A stretch of 64,000 bases of DNA from an uncultured virus (IMG/VR IMGVR_UViG_3300022927_000014) (IMGVR_UViG_3300022927_000014), one strand, 5' to 3'; positions 48,971-59,070 are shown, numbered from the stretch's first letter. Notes: generated from the letters alone by a model not told the origin. Program-made: numbers and translations.

Positions 48971-51035
48971 ATCTTCTACTTAGTCCAGAGAACCCGTGAT
49001 TCTTTTTTTGATTGTAAACACAAGTAGCTAAAGCACCAGAATCACCCACAAGGTATACTTCATCTTTCGCTCTTGTTATAGCAGTATATAGTAAAGACCT
49101 TTGCAATAAGTTAGAGCTACAGCTACTGACTAAAGGCATGATAATAAGGTCATACTCCAGACCTTGGCTTTTATGTACAGTGGTAGCATAAGCAAGTCTT
49201 AAGATTTTCGATACTTGGTCTCTAGGGATAGAAACTATTTGATCTTGCACACCTTTAATCAGAACATCAACAGAGCTTTTGTTAATGCCACAAATACGAC
49301 CAACATCTCCATTAAAGACCTCTAAGTCATATTCATTCTTGGTGATCATTACTCGGTCACCCTCTCTCAAGGTGTCTTTTCCAATTTTTAAACGAGAGCC
49401 TCCAATGTCAGGATTGAGAACAGACCTCAACTCTTTGTTTAAGTTGGTCACACCTAACAGGCCATGATGTGTAGGGCTTATAACATGAAAGTCCACATCA
49501 TCTATATGGAAGTCTCTACAAAGAGAGATGATAGCTTCTAGTGCTTTTTGTTCTGACTCTTTCTCTAAAAAGTGAAACTCAGTATTACTTTGGGGAGTGA
49601 TTCCATTATGAACATCATGTGCTGCTTGTGTGACTCCAGAGCCTTCACCTTGTCTAAAGACTTCCACAAGGTGTGTTCTTGGTACACTTTGACTTTCAAT
49701 AATATCGGAAAGAACAAAGCCAGCACCTACAGGTGGTAGCTGTGCAATGTCTCCAACCATAATAACTCTACACTTAGGTGCTATCCCTCTCATCATTCTC
49801 CACATGAGGTGAAGATCTACCATAGAGGACTCATCAATAATCAGAACAGTTTCTGTTCTAGGGTTATTAATGTGATGTTTCCAGATTTCAGCTCTAGGGT
49901 TTACTTTTGTTAGGATAGGTTTTAGGTTTTCTGATTCTTCTTCTTTTTTAATTCCCTCATAGTCTGACTTCTTTTCATCAGATTCAGAGGGCTGACCTGC
50001 ACCAAAAGCTCTATGTATAGTTACAGCTTTAACACCTGAGAGTATGGTAGCTCTTTTTGCAGCGATTCCTGTGGGTGCGACAAGTAAGATTTGTTCTTGG
50101 TAATCAATTAGGATTTTGCAGATAGTAGACAAGATAGTTGTTTTACCTGTACCAGGCAAACCTGTGACTATAGAGAAAGGTTCAGTGATTCCTTGTCTTA
50201 TTGCATTAACTTGAGTGTCTGTAAGATTGTATCTAGTATAGCTCTTTATTTCTTCATCAGAGATTTCGATTCCAGATTGCTTTCTAACAGGAGAAGTGAC
50301 TAAGCTTGCTACTTCTTCTTCCATTTGATGATAAGCGGGCAAATAAAGGCATTTCTTGCTCTCATTCCTATCAATAATCATCTTTGGAGGGTCACACTCG
50401 ACCATTTCTTTTATGCACTTTGCAATTTCAGTAGGTTCAGTGATTCCTGTAAGTAGAGAAGCATCTCTAAAAACAGTATTACTATCTAAGAAACAGTTGC
50501 CTTGTTGTACTCCTTGAGCCATAGACCAGAAGATGCAGGCTTGAACTCTATATGGGTTAGTGATGTTATACTTATCTTCCATAAGAGTTTTAGCAATAGC
50601 ATCAGCACCTTGAAAAGAAACACCTTTGTAAACAAGATACCAAGGATTTTCTTTAATCATATCAGGATTGCTTTTGATTTCTCTCCACAAGCTATTGATG
50701 ATACTAACAGGTATGCCAGAATCTACAAGAGAGCTAATAAGTTCTAATGAGGATTCCATTTCTGGGTTAGACCACTCAGCCCATTGGGTGAGAGCAGTTC
50801 CTTTTAGAAACTTTGGGTTAATAGGGTTTCGAGAGATCTCAAGAACAGGCTTATTGTTTTTATCTAGCTTTCGTTTGCCTGAAAAAGTAAAGACAGAGCC
50901 ACTAGAAACAGGTCCTACAACATTTCCTTTAACAACAATAGGTTCTGTTCCTATTTCTGAAGCTACAATACACCTAAGAATATAATAAGGTGGGTTTGCA
51001 AATATTTGGCTTAAAACTTTACTGGCATAATACAT
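48951..51035 (-). CDS. recD2: RecD2-like SF1B helicase
   Basis: NPW.L..GVSF..AD helix-hairpin region, TGLPGTGKTT, APTGIAA, IDESSM, GDIAQLPPVG, AYATTVHKSQG, LLYTAITRA; start 51035 behind GGAG. Confidence 0.93.
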   Translation of the reverse strand: MYYASKVLSQIFANPPYYILRCIVASEIGTEPIVVKGNVVGPVSSGSVFTFSGKRKLDKNNKPVLEISRNPINPKFLKGTALTQWAEWSNPEMESSLELISSLVDSGIPVSIINSLWREIKSNPDMIKENPWYLVYKGVSFQGADAIAKTLMEDKYNITNPYRVQACIFWSMAQGVQQGNCFLDSNTVFRDASLLTGITEPTEIAKCIKEMVECDPPKMIIDRNESKKCLYLPAYHQMEEEVASLVTSPVRKQSGIEISDEEIKSYTRYNLTDTQVNAIRQGITEPFSIVTGLPGTGKTTILSTICKILIDYQEQILLVAPTGIAAKRATILSGVKAVTIHRAFGAGQPSESDEKKSDYEGIKKEEESENLKPILTKVNPRAEIWKHHINNPRTETVLIIDESSMVDLHLMWRMMRGIAPKCRVIMVGDIAQLPPVGAGFVLSDIIESQSVPRTHLVEVFRQGEGSGVTQAAHDVHNGITPQSNTEFHFLEKESEQKALEAIISLCRDFHIDDVDFHVISPTHHGLLGVTNLNKELRSVLNPDIGGSRLKIGKDTLREGDRVMITKNEYDLEVFNGDVGRICGINKSSVDVLIKGVQDQIVSIPRDQVSKILRLAYATTVHKSQGLEYDLIIMPLVSSCSSNLLQRSLLYTAITRAKDEVYLVGDSGALATCVYNQKKNHGFSGLSRRFKNNTL

Positions 51036-51519
51036 CTTGGTTCTCCTTCCACCAACTTCTAAAGCCATTTATAAAGGGATTAAATAATTCATCAAGACAA
51101 CCTACATCAAGACAATCTATAAGGTACTCAAATGGATATATGTCCTCAAAGACCCTCCATGCAAAACTATAACAGGATTCTTGAGGTACGACTGTTAAGA
51201 CTTCAACCTTTATCTTTTTATTTTCTTTTAGACAGAACCTATCTAGTTGCCATCTTTTGTAGCTTGCAATCTTTTCTTCCCATCTTTTATCTAAATAAAG
51301 GTTTCGAATCCAAGTCTCATCAATATCATTTATGCTATTGAGAGGGGGCGATAAAGAGGGCGATTTTTCTTCTCGGATGAAATTTAATTCTTCCATAGTA
51401 GAAGCAATGGCTTTTTCTATAGGTAATATCCCATTAGTATGGTTTACAAACCCATCTTCCATTAAGATTGGGATGGCCTCTTTAAGACCCCCAGAGTTTT
51501 TAGTGAATAGCATATACAA
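51019..51519 (-). CDS. Hypothetical protein
   Basis: 166 aa overlapping the recD2 start; RBS AAGGA. Confidence 0.55.
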   Translation of the reverse strand: MYMLFTKNSGGLKEAIPILMEDGFVNHTNGILPIEKAIASTMEELNFIREEKSPSLSPPLNSINDIDETWIRNLYLDKRWEEKIASYKRWQLDRFCLKENKKIKVEVLTVVPQESCYSFAWRVFEDIYPFEYLIDCLDVGCLDELFNPFINGFRSWWKENQDVLCQ

Positions 51520-51595
51520 TTATTGTCCTTAAAAAGTGTGTGCTTTAATCCCTAATCTTATAAGATAGGAAACTTAACAAGGAGATAAATTAAAC

Positions 51596-52297
51596 ATGGT
51601 ATGTAAAAAGTGCAATGGCTTTGGGTACATTCAAAGTGACGATGGTCATATGGGAATCCCACGAGCAATTCAATGTGAATGTAAGATTAAAAAAGCCCTA
51701 GCAGACCAAGCTGAAAGAGCATGGGCAAATTTAAGTCTAGTCCCTGTAAAGAAAAGCTCTCCACTGAGTAAGTTGTTCTCTAAGAACCTTGTAATATCTT
51801 CAGAGAAAGACATTTTAAGGATGCATTTAAGAACCTGCTTTGCAAAGCAGAATAGACCCTCTCACTTTTACAAAGTCATTGGTGACCACACTCTAATGTC
51901 AGCTTGGCTAGGAAGTATGCATGTGCAAGGGATTGCAGTTGCTGACCCAGATTTCCAAAGAGAGTTAAAAGTTTATTCTCTTGAAGACCTAGCAGAGTCT
52001 CCACAATTATTAGTTGTAAGACTTGGTACTAAGATGGCAAGAAATTCTGCTATGCCAGAAGTCTTGGTAGAGGCCATTGAAATTAGAGAACACTTAAACA
52101 AGCCTACTTGGTTGGTAGAAGAACCATATAAACCTCTTGAAGAAGGACATCTTTCATGGAGTCCAACTTTAGAGGATATGATTGAGACTTGGGAGAAGGT
52201 TATCCTAACCACCCCAGAGGGGAAAAAGACAAAGCAAAAAACAGGTAGTGGTAGAACAACTACATCTTTAGGAAGCCATAAGAGGGTTAAGCTGTAA
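51596..52297 (+). CDS. DnaC/DnaI-like helicase-loader homolog, apparently lacking a Walker A motif
   Basis: N-terminal CKKCNGFG...CEC zinc motif; IEIREHLNKPTW resembles the R...kPT segment of DnaC/IstB; coupled to dnaB. Confidence 0.6.
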   Translation: MVCKKCNGFGYIQSDDGHMGIPRAIQCECKIKKALADQAERAWANLSLVPVKKSSPLSKLFSKNLVISSEKDILRMHLRTCFAKQNRPSHFYKVIGDHTLMSAWLGSMHVQGIAVADPDFQRELKVYSLEDLAESPQLLVVRLGTKMARNSAMPEVLVEAIEIREHLNKPTWLVEEPYKPLEEGHLSWSPTLEDMIETWEKVILTTPEGKKTKQKTGSGRTTTSLGSHKRVKL

Positions 52298-53817
52298 TGA
52301 GTAATATTTTAAGAAGTATTGTTCCATCACCAAGTTCTGGTGATAATGAAAAACTAATGTACCAAAACTTTATTACTTTGAGGGAGTCTGTCTTAAGATT
52401 CGATATGCCCTCTGATGTAAATATTTATGAGTACATCAAAGACTTTAGTCAAAAGCATGGTCACTTACCTAATGCTAAAAGTATTCGAGATTACTTTGAG
52501 CAAAACCAGAGCTTTGATGAAGCGGATAGGATACAGCAGATAAGTACACAAAGTGTTGCTTATCGAGGTGACTTTATCTCTCTAATAGAAAAGTCTGTTG
52601 AAGAGGGTAGGCTTACTAATCTAGCTTCTATGCTTGCTGATGCTAAGATGATAGCTAAGTCAGGTCTTGAAATTAAAGAGGGTAAGACTAAGAGAACTCT
52701 AAAAGGTGCAAGGGATGCTAGTAATCACCTCTTGAACCAGATCTCAAAAATCAACACACCTACTTTTGGTAGTCGTATTGGTGGAGAAGCACTTAGTGAT
52801 GGTGATGACTTCTGGGATGCTTATGAGAAAGCTAAGAACAGTGAGTTAGACATCAGACCAATGACAGGATTATCTGTCATTGACAATGCTATTGGTGGTT
52901 TCAAAAAGAAAGAGCTTTATATCTTAGCAGCTTTTACAGGTCACTTGAAATCAACTAGCTCTTTAAATTGGGTTTATAATCAAGCAATCTATGGTGGCAC
53001 TAACACCATTTACTTCTCATTAGAGATGCACTACCCACAGTGTCGAAGGATTATCTACACCTACCACTCAATGCACCCTAAGTTTAGAAAGAAGCGTATT
53101 GCTTTAGGACTTCAAACAGGTCAGACAGATGTCTGTATAGACCCTAAGAAGATTAAAGAGGGTACACTGACCAAAGACGAAGAGGCATTTATGAAAGAGG
53201 TTGTTAAAGATCTCAATGATGGTGTTAAGTCTGGTCAATATGGCTCACTTCGATTTGAAGTAGCTGACCCTAATTTGATGGACTTTACAGTTGAAGATTT
53301 AAGAGCAAGAGCAGAAGCGATTGCACAATCTGAGTCAGTAAAGATGATTGTAGTAGACCACGCTCTCTTGGTATCTCCTAGAAGATGGGTAGCTAGTACA
53401 ACAGACAGGCTTAATGAGGTTATTCGTGACCTTAAAAAGACTGCTCTGGGCTTCAATAGAGGTGAGGGTATTCCTATTCTTTGCTTGTTCCAAATTAGTC
53501 GTGAGGGCTTCAAGTCAGCAGAAAAGAATGGTGGCTCTTATAACCTAACTCACTTGAGTTATGCAAATGAAGCAGAGCGTTCTGCGGATGTGGTTATCTC
53601 AAGTTGGTTTGGTGAAGACATGAAGCAGAACTCACAGGTTAAGTATCAATGCCTAAAGTCTAGAGATCAAGCTCCTTTCGATAACTTTGAAGCTCAGATT
53701 TCATGGCCTGCTGGTCGAGTTCTTGATATGCCTTTACAGTTTCAATCTAGTACAGCCAAAAGCAAGCCTGCCCCTAAGGGAGATGCTTTAGATAAGATAC
53801 TAGATGAGGAACTTTAA
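52297..53817 (+). CDS. dnaB: DnaB-like replicative helicase
   Basis: TGLSVIDNAIGGF, variant P-loop AAFTGHLKST, YFSLEM, IVVDH, LFQISR, ERSADVV, KSR. Confidence 0.88.
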   Translation: MSNILRSIVPSPSSGDNEKLMYQNFITLRESVLRFDMPSDVNIYEYIKDFSQKHGHLPNAKSIRDYFEQNQSFDEADRIQQISTQSVAYRGDFISLIEKSVEEGRLTNLASMLADAKMIAKSGLEIKEGKTKRTLKGARDASNHLLNQISKINTPTFGSRIGGEALSDGDDFWDAYEKAKNSELDIRPMTGLSVIDNAIGGFKKKELYILAAFTGHLKSTSSLNWVYNQAIYGGTNTIYFSLEMHYPQCRRIIYTYHSMHPKFRKKRIALGLQTGQTDVCIDPKKIKEGTLTKDEEAFMKEVVKDLNDGVKSGQYGSLRFEVADPNLMDFTVEDLRARAEAIAQSESVKMIVVDHALLVSPRRWVASTTDRLNEVIRDLKKTALGFNRGEGIPILCLFQISREGFKSAEKNGGSYNLTHLSYANEAERSADVVISSWFGEDMKQNSQVKYQCLKSRDQAPFDNFEAQISWPAGRVLDMPLQFQSSTAKSKPAPKGDALDKILDEEL

Positions 53818-54128
53818 TGAGAAGAAAGAAAAATGATGACCTTTATTTCATTCAATCTGCAAAGACAGGGATGATTAAAATAGGAAGATCTAAGAACCCA
53901 GAAAAAAGACTGAAGCAACTCCAGACAGGCTCTCCAAATAAGCTTAAGCTTATAGCTTCTTTTAAAGAAGAGGGCTGGAGAGAGTCTGAACTCCATGAGC
54001 ATTTAAGAGAGTGGAAAGTTAGAAGCAATGGAGAATGGTTTACCTATGATTGTGTAGGTAATATACCCAAGCACTTCTATGAAAGAATAGAGTGGGGCTC
54101 TTTTGATGATTGGTGGGAGAGTCCTTAG
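53817..54128 (+). CDS. GIY-YIG-like (T5orf172/MUG113) protein
   Basis: LYFIQ...IKIGRS..PEKRLKQLQTGSP...E..LH...GEWF. Confidence 0.85.
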   Translation: MRRKKNDDLYFIQSAKTGMIKIGRSKNPEKRLKQLQTGSPNKLKLIASFKEEGWRESELHEHLREWKVRSNGEWFTYDCVGNIPKHFYERIEWGSFDDWWESP

Positions 54129-55099
54129 TAAGTCTGGAACTTTTGTAAGAGGTGATCTCTTTTTTGTTCCGCAATCTTGCTTAGGGTTACTCCCATACAC
54201 TTTTTGTTAAGATAATCCTCTATAGAAGAGATAAGCTTATTCTTAGCTAACTGCACTTCTTTAGAATATCTTTGCTCATTATATGGAGTCTCAAGCTCCC
54301 AATCTTTTAGGCTCTTTTCATAGAACTTCATATCTTGATTTCGTTTTTCCACCTTTTCTTTTGAAAGGTGGCTCTTAAATTGGTCTTCAATTTTTAAGAG
54401 AGTCTCTTCTGTGTCTCTTATAGCAACAAGAACAAACAAGAAGTTTTTCTTCTTAAAGATATCTCTTTGGACATAGAGAACTTTGTCATAGAATGCTCTT
54501 ATTTCAAGACCAAACTTCTTTTTTATTACATCACTCAGATATTTAATATTGGTGTACTTGCTGAAATTGCTTTCTAAGAACCCTATCCAAGTCTCTTCAA
54601 AGTCTCTCTTGTAAGAAGATATTTTCACATAGAGATTAGAACTATTGTAAAGAGCAATCCTATAATCTTTAGGGTTTATTTTTAATGGGTTTAATGATTT
54701 GTTCAGATCTTCTATCTTCTCTAGTTCACTAATGTTGTATAGCTTCTCTATTATCTTTCTCACAGTTCGACTACCTAGAGATTTCTTTATAGCACCTGGT
54801 TTCTTTTCTTCAATCTTATTTAACATTTCTAATTCTTTAGAAACGACCTTTGCTATTTTTATAGGCAGGTTTGAAACAAAGTCATCAGGATAAACAGAAG
54901 TTAGCCCCCCATAAGGACTTCTCTCATATTTGTAATACTGTCGGCCTATAACATCACCAGAGTTATTGTAAAGGTAGTCTCCTGCATAAATCCCCTTTTT
55001 TTTAGCTAGAGCGTCTACTTTCATTATATCAAGAGATGAGCCATAGACCTCTAAAAAAGTACCTTCTCTTGTCTTAAAAGTTTTATATCTTATCTTCAT
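54125..55099 (-). CDS. Hypothetical basic helical protein
   Basis: 324 aa; RBS AAGGAG; late-type motif upstream. Confidence 0.65.
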   Translation of the reverse strand: MKIRYKTFKTREGTFLEVYGSSLDIMKVDALAKKKGIYAGDYLYNNSGDVIGRQYYKYERSPYGGLTSVYPDDFVSNLPIKIAKVVSKELEMLNKIEEKKPGAIKKSLGSRTVRKIIEKLYNISELEKIEDLNKSLNPLKINPKDYRIALYNSSNLYVKISSYKRDFEETWIGFLESNFSKYTNIKYLSDVIKKKFGLEIRAFYDKVLYVQRDIFKKKNFLFVLVAIRDTEETLLKIEDQFKSHLSKEKVEKRNQDMKFYEKSLKDWELETPYNEQRYSKEVQLAKNKLISSIEDYLNKKCMGVTLSKIAEQKRDHLLQKFQTY

Positions 55100-55126
55100 A
55101 ACAGAACTCCTTCTTCAATCGAGTGT

Positions 55127-55142
55127 CATATAAAGAGTATTA
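55127..55142 (-). promoter_or_regulatory. Putative late promoter motif
   Basis: TAATACTCTTTATATG about 28 nt upstream of 55099. Confidence 0.55.
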
Positions 55143-57179
55143 AGCGATTACAATGTAATTGACTTTAATACTTATTGAGCCATTACTGTAGTTTGCAATC
55201 CCTAAAACACTAGAATGGCCAGCAGCATCACTATACCTCAGTTGCAGGTAGCGTTTTGTCGCATACACAAAGGAAGCCCCAACATAAAGATAAGGACTCC
55301 CATCTATCTCCATAAAAGAGCTGGTGGAAGTCACAAAAGATAAGACTTTAACATTATCATATAGCAGATTCCCACTTGAGTCTATGGGGCTGTAAAGACC
55401 TGTGTAATCTTCTGTAGTCTCTGGATAGAAAAGGGTGTTTTCATTATTATTTAGATGACCCATACGAATGTCTGTAGATCCTCCAGAATTATAAGTCACA
55501 TCTTGAAAGAATAAAGGAATCACATCAACATGGTAGTTCAGATTGATGTCAAAAGAAACAGACCCAGAACCTAAGATACTTATACCTAAAGCTCTCAATA
55601 CATTATTAGCACCTAGAGCCATTAATTTGTTTGGTGCATCCGAGACAATAGCACTTGAAGATACTGTGACATTAGTACCAGCATCAATCTCCACACCAAG
55701 ACCTGAAAGTGATACAGTATCTGTGGCTGTAGTAGTTATATTCTCTGCCGTAGTTTCAATCGAACCACTAACAGCAGAGAATTCAATCAAACCACTAGCA
55801 GCAGTAGTGGTCACACTTGGTGCTGTAATATTTATTTCATCATCTCCAGTAACATCTACTGTGCGACCATCAATAGCAACAGAACCTCTCTTTTCTAAAA
55901 TACTGTTGCCACTAACAGCACCACCTCGAATGGTCACAGAACCTCCAAAGATACCACCATTGCCATTATTTAAACCTAAGAAGCTACCACCCTCAATCAA
56001 TACATCTCCTGCATATGCAAAGTCACTATCCAAAAGAGAGAAATCAAAGTCTTCAACAGCACCACCTCGAATAAAAACCTTTCCTTTAGTTGCTGCATCT
56101 TTAGAGGTAGGTTCATCAGCAGTACCAGCTCCGATAACAACATCTCCAGGTGTGCCACTTAGATTTGAATCGCCACTGTAGATATGAATGTCACCACCAC
56201 TTGAATCTGTAAATCCTGAAGCACCCTCTATGGTTAAACCACCTGCTGTGCCACCAGAATAGTTATCGCCTACTTTTATATCTATATCTCCACCAATACC
56301 TTGATCTGTTTTACCTGTACCTATATTTATAGAGCCAGCAGTTCCACTATTTGAATTGCTAGTTTTGATAGAAAGGTCACCACTACTAGAAGAACCGTAT
56401 AGTGAGCCTGTGAAACTACCTGTACTGATAGAAATACCACCTGTAAATTCACTAGGGTCTGTTCGATCTGAAGTGTGTAAATTAACACCAGACGCTCTAC
56501 CTTTTATATCTACATAGTAGGCATCCATTGTAAGATTCCCATAACCATAGGCTATTAAGTTAATGTAGCCACCCCAAGTTTCTGAATCTTGCAAACCATT
56601 GTTTGCTTTACCACCTAAAATATTAACATCTCCAGCTCTATTAAAGTAAGATCCATCGAGAGCCATATTGCCCCCTCTTACATCAATACGGCCTGGATCA
56701 TCTCCTGTATTGTCACTTTGACCATAGATTAAGACATTTGCATTCAAGCTTGTGTATGTAGGCTTAGGTACAGGGGAGATTAAAATATCATCTCCAGACC
56801 TAAGCTCTAGTCTTTCTTCACTTTGGACATATATGTGACCTCTTTCAGAGAGGGTAAGAGGAGTAGCATACTCTCCACTTTTAATAAGTATTCGACCAGA
56901 GCTAACTCCTGTACCAGAAATCAACTCTATTTTCCCACCGACACCGCCTGTTTTTGACTCTCCTGCATGCAATAGGATTTCACCCCCAGCACCATCAAAA
57001 GAGTCTCCAGATTCTAGGGTAATAATGCCACCATCTCCAAAACCAGAGGCAGAGTTTATAAGTATACCTCTTTCAGAGCTTCCGAAAAGAGAAGCACTAT
57101 CTATTGAGGGTTTAATAATTCGACCTCTTTGTTGAGACTGGCTGATTGAAACTTCTAAGGAATCTTTAGTTGAACTCAT
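55140..57179 (-). CDS. Gly/Ser-rich repeat protein, probable tail fibre/spike (beta-helix-like)
   Basis: Recurrent GG[DE]I.I..G units (GGIITLESG, GGEILLHAG, GGDIDIKVG, GGDIHIYSG). Confidence 0.6.
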   Translation of the reverse strand: MSSTKDSLEVSISQSQQRGRIIKPSIDSASLFGSSERGILINSASGFGDGGIITLESGDSFDGAGGEILLHAGESKTGGVGGKIELISGTGVSSGRILIKSGEYATPLTLSERGHIYVQSEERLELRSGDDILISPVPKPTYTSLNANVLIYGQSDNTGDDPGRIDVRGGNMALDGSYFNRAGDVNILGGKANNGLQDSETWGGYINLIAYGYGNLTMDAYYVDIKGRASGVNLHTSDRTDPSEFTGGISISTGSFTGSLYGSSSSGDLSIKTSNSNSGTAGSINIGTGKTDQGIGGDIDIKVGDNYSGGTAGGLTIEGASGFTDSSGGDIHIYSGDSNLSGTPGDVVIGAGTADEPTSKDAATKGKVFIRGGAVEDFDFSLLDSDFAYAGDVLIEGGSFLGLNNGNGGIFGGSVTIRGGAVSGNSILEKRGSVAIDGRTVDVTGDDEINITAPSVTTTAASGLIEFSAVSGSIETTAENITTTATDTVSLSGLGVEIDAGTNVTVSSSAIVSDAPNKLMALGANNVLRALGISILGSGSVSFDINLNYHVDVIPLFFQDVTYNSGGSTDIRMGHLNNNENTLFYPETTEDYTGLYSPIDSSGNLLYDNVKVLSFVTSTSSFMEIDGSPYLYVGASFVYATKRYLQLRYSDAAGHSSVLGIANYSNGSISIKVNYIVIA

Positions 57180-57271
57180 GTTAACCTCTCTTTTTTAGTA
57201 TAGGCTTAATAAAAGACATAGTGATAGTTAATCTATTGCTTGTCACTTTTGCTAAATAAAGGAGTTCATCT

Positions 57272-58606
57272 ATGAGTAAATACAACGCTATAAGAGAAGA
57301 GAATGAAAAGTTTAATGCATGGATTCTTGAAGAAGAAGAGGCAGGTGGCTTCTTTGATCCTATAGAAGAAAGAAAAGTTAGGTTTTTTAATGAACTGAGT
57401 GAAGAAGGCAAGGAGAAAGCATACGAAGAATTTGAAGCTACCAAAGAAATCAAAGACATTAAAAGATATAGGGCTCTGGCATTTCAGGGCAAGCTTTTTG
57501 CTTTGCGGTGGTTGTTAAAAAGATCTAAGGATTTTGAAGAATTTAAAGAGCCTTTAGAAAACAAAACCAAGAAATTAGATCTCAGTCCTAGTAAAGATCG
57601 AAGAACAAAAATCAAAGATATGACCCAGACCAAAGCAAGAGACTTATACTTGGAAGATGTTATATTTGATGACTTAGACCTATCTTGGTCAGACTTCTCG
57701 GGTAGCACTCTAGTCAACTGTAGTTTTAATAACACAACACTGACAGGTGCAAAGTTTGTAAACTGTTCTTTACAGATAGTAGACTTTGGTGGTGCAGACC
57801 TCACCTTAGTGGACTTCAAAAATGTGGATCTTCGAGCCACCAAGGACTTTGGTAAGGCAACAATTAAGCAAACCAACTTATCTGGTGCTGATGTTAGAGG
57901 TGTTGATCTAAGAGGTGCTGGAGAAAGTAAGGAAGATCTTTTCTATGTTAGTCCAACAACTAAATTTGATGTTACTAACAAAAAGCTGATTACTAAAGTG
58001 CCTATTTACATGGAGAAGTTTGATGTTCTGTTAAAAAACATAGAAGACCAAATCAATAAAGGAAAAGAAATTGGATATGATAAGTCTAAAGTCAAAGAAC
58101 TAAAAAAATATCTTAATGAAAATACATTTAAGGTCTTCTATGGAGATAGGATATTAAAAGTACTAGACTACTACAAAAAAGAGCTTTCTTGGAGAAAACG
58201 CTTGCCAGATTCCTTTTTGCCTTTTTCTTATTCTTTTAAAGACTTAAAGAAGTTCTTTAGGAACACTGACAGCCAAGTTAAGAATATGGTTAGCAAGATT
58301 AATCAAAAGATTGGCTCAAAGAGATATGTACTGACAGAGCCTGTTAATACTAACAGCCATACTAACAGATTAAAGGGCAAGATAGTCTATGGGGGAAATC
58401 TTTTAGGTTTATCTCAAACAGTGCCCTATTACATAATTGTAAACATTGGAAATTCTGGCTTTGGCCTTAGAAGATTTTATACACCAGAGTCTTATATCTT
58501 CTGCATACCTCAAAAGAGTTGCTCATCCGAATTTGAAGAATTTGGTCAAAGAGAGCTAGGTACTATTGTTATGAAGATAGAAGACTTAATCTGGAGAGAA
58601 CGTTAG
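57272..58606 (+). CDS. Pentapeptide-repeat protein
   Basis: LDLSW SDFSG STLVN CSFNN TTLTG AKFVN...ADLTL VDFKN VDLRA; RBS AAGGAG. Confidence 0.8.
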   Translation: MSKYNAIREENEKFNAWILEEEEAGGFFDPIEERKVRFFNELSEEGKEKAYEEFEATKEIKDIKRYRALAFQGKLFALRWLLKRSKDFEEFKEPLENKTKKLDLSPSKDRRTKIKDMTQTKARDLYLEDVIFDDLDLSWSDFSGSTLVNCSFNNTTLTGAKFVNCSLQIVDFGGADLTLVDFKNVDLRATKDFGKATIKQTNLSGADVRGVDLRGAGESKEDLFYVSPTTKFDVTNKKLITKVPIYMEKFDVLLKNIEDQINKGKEIGYDKSKVKELKKYLNENTFKVFYGDRILKVLDYYKKELSWRKRLPDSFLPFSYSFKDLKKFFRNTDSQVKNMVSKINQKIGSKRYVLTEPVNTNSHTNRLKGKIVYGGNLLGLSQTVPYYIIVNIGNSGFGLRRFYTPESYIFCIPQKSCSSEFEEFGQRELGTIVMKIEDLIWRER

Positions 58607-59070
58607 TACTGATATAAAGCCATGATCTTTTGACGCTGGCGAGGTGTTCTAACGCTATTTTTGACGATAGTTTTAATGTTCTGGATGATGAATTTAGGGT
58701 TTTCAGAAGAGAAGTTAGGCACTACCACTAAATTAAATTGTTCTCTGGTGTATATACTTGTTAAGTAAACCCTTAGTAGGTCTTGCTCCTTATCAAGCTC
58801 TACATTAATAAACATAAGTTGTTGTCTATCATTTTTGATATGACCTCGTGCCTCTAATTGGTATATTTTATTGGGCTTTTTGATGTAGCCATCATCACCT
58901 TTGGTGTTTGCAAGACCATAGTCTACCAGAGCATCTCCTGTTCCGTTAGCTATTGCCTTAAGGGTTTCTTTAATTTTATCTCCAAAAATGTCAAATAGTC
59001 CAGCTTCTTTTTCAAGCCTGGCGATTCTCATTTCAAGAGATCTGATTTGTTGTGCTGCTGTTCTTCTCAT
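58603..59070 (-). CDS. Leader-bearing orphan protein (leader MRRTAAQQIRSLEMRIARLEKEA)
   Basis: Start moved to ATG 59070 behind TAGGA so that the leader aligns with the other four. Confidence 0.75.
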   Translation of the reverse strand: MRRTAAQQIRSLEMRIARLEKEAGLFDIFGDKIKETLKAIANGTGDALVDYGLANTKGDDGYIKKPNKIYQLEARGHIKNDRQQLMFINVELDKEQDLLRVYLTSIYTREQFNLVVVPNFSSENPKFIIQNIKTIVKNSVRTPRQRQKIMALYQY

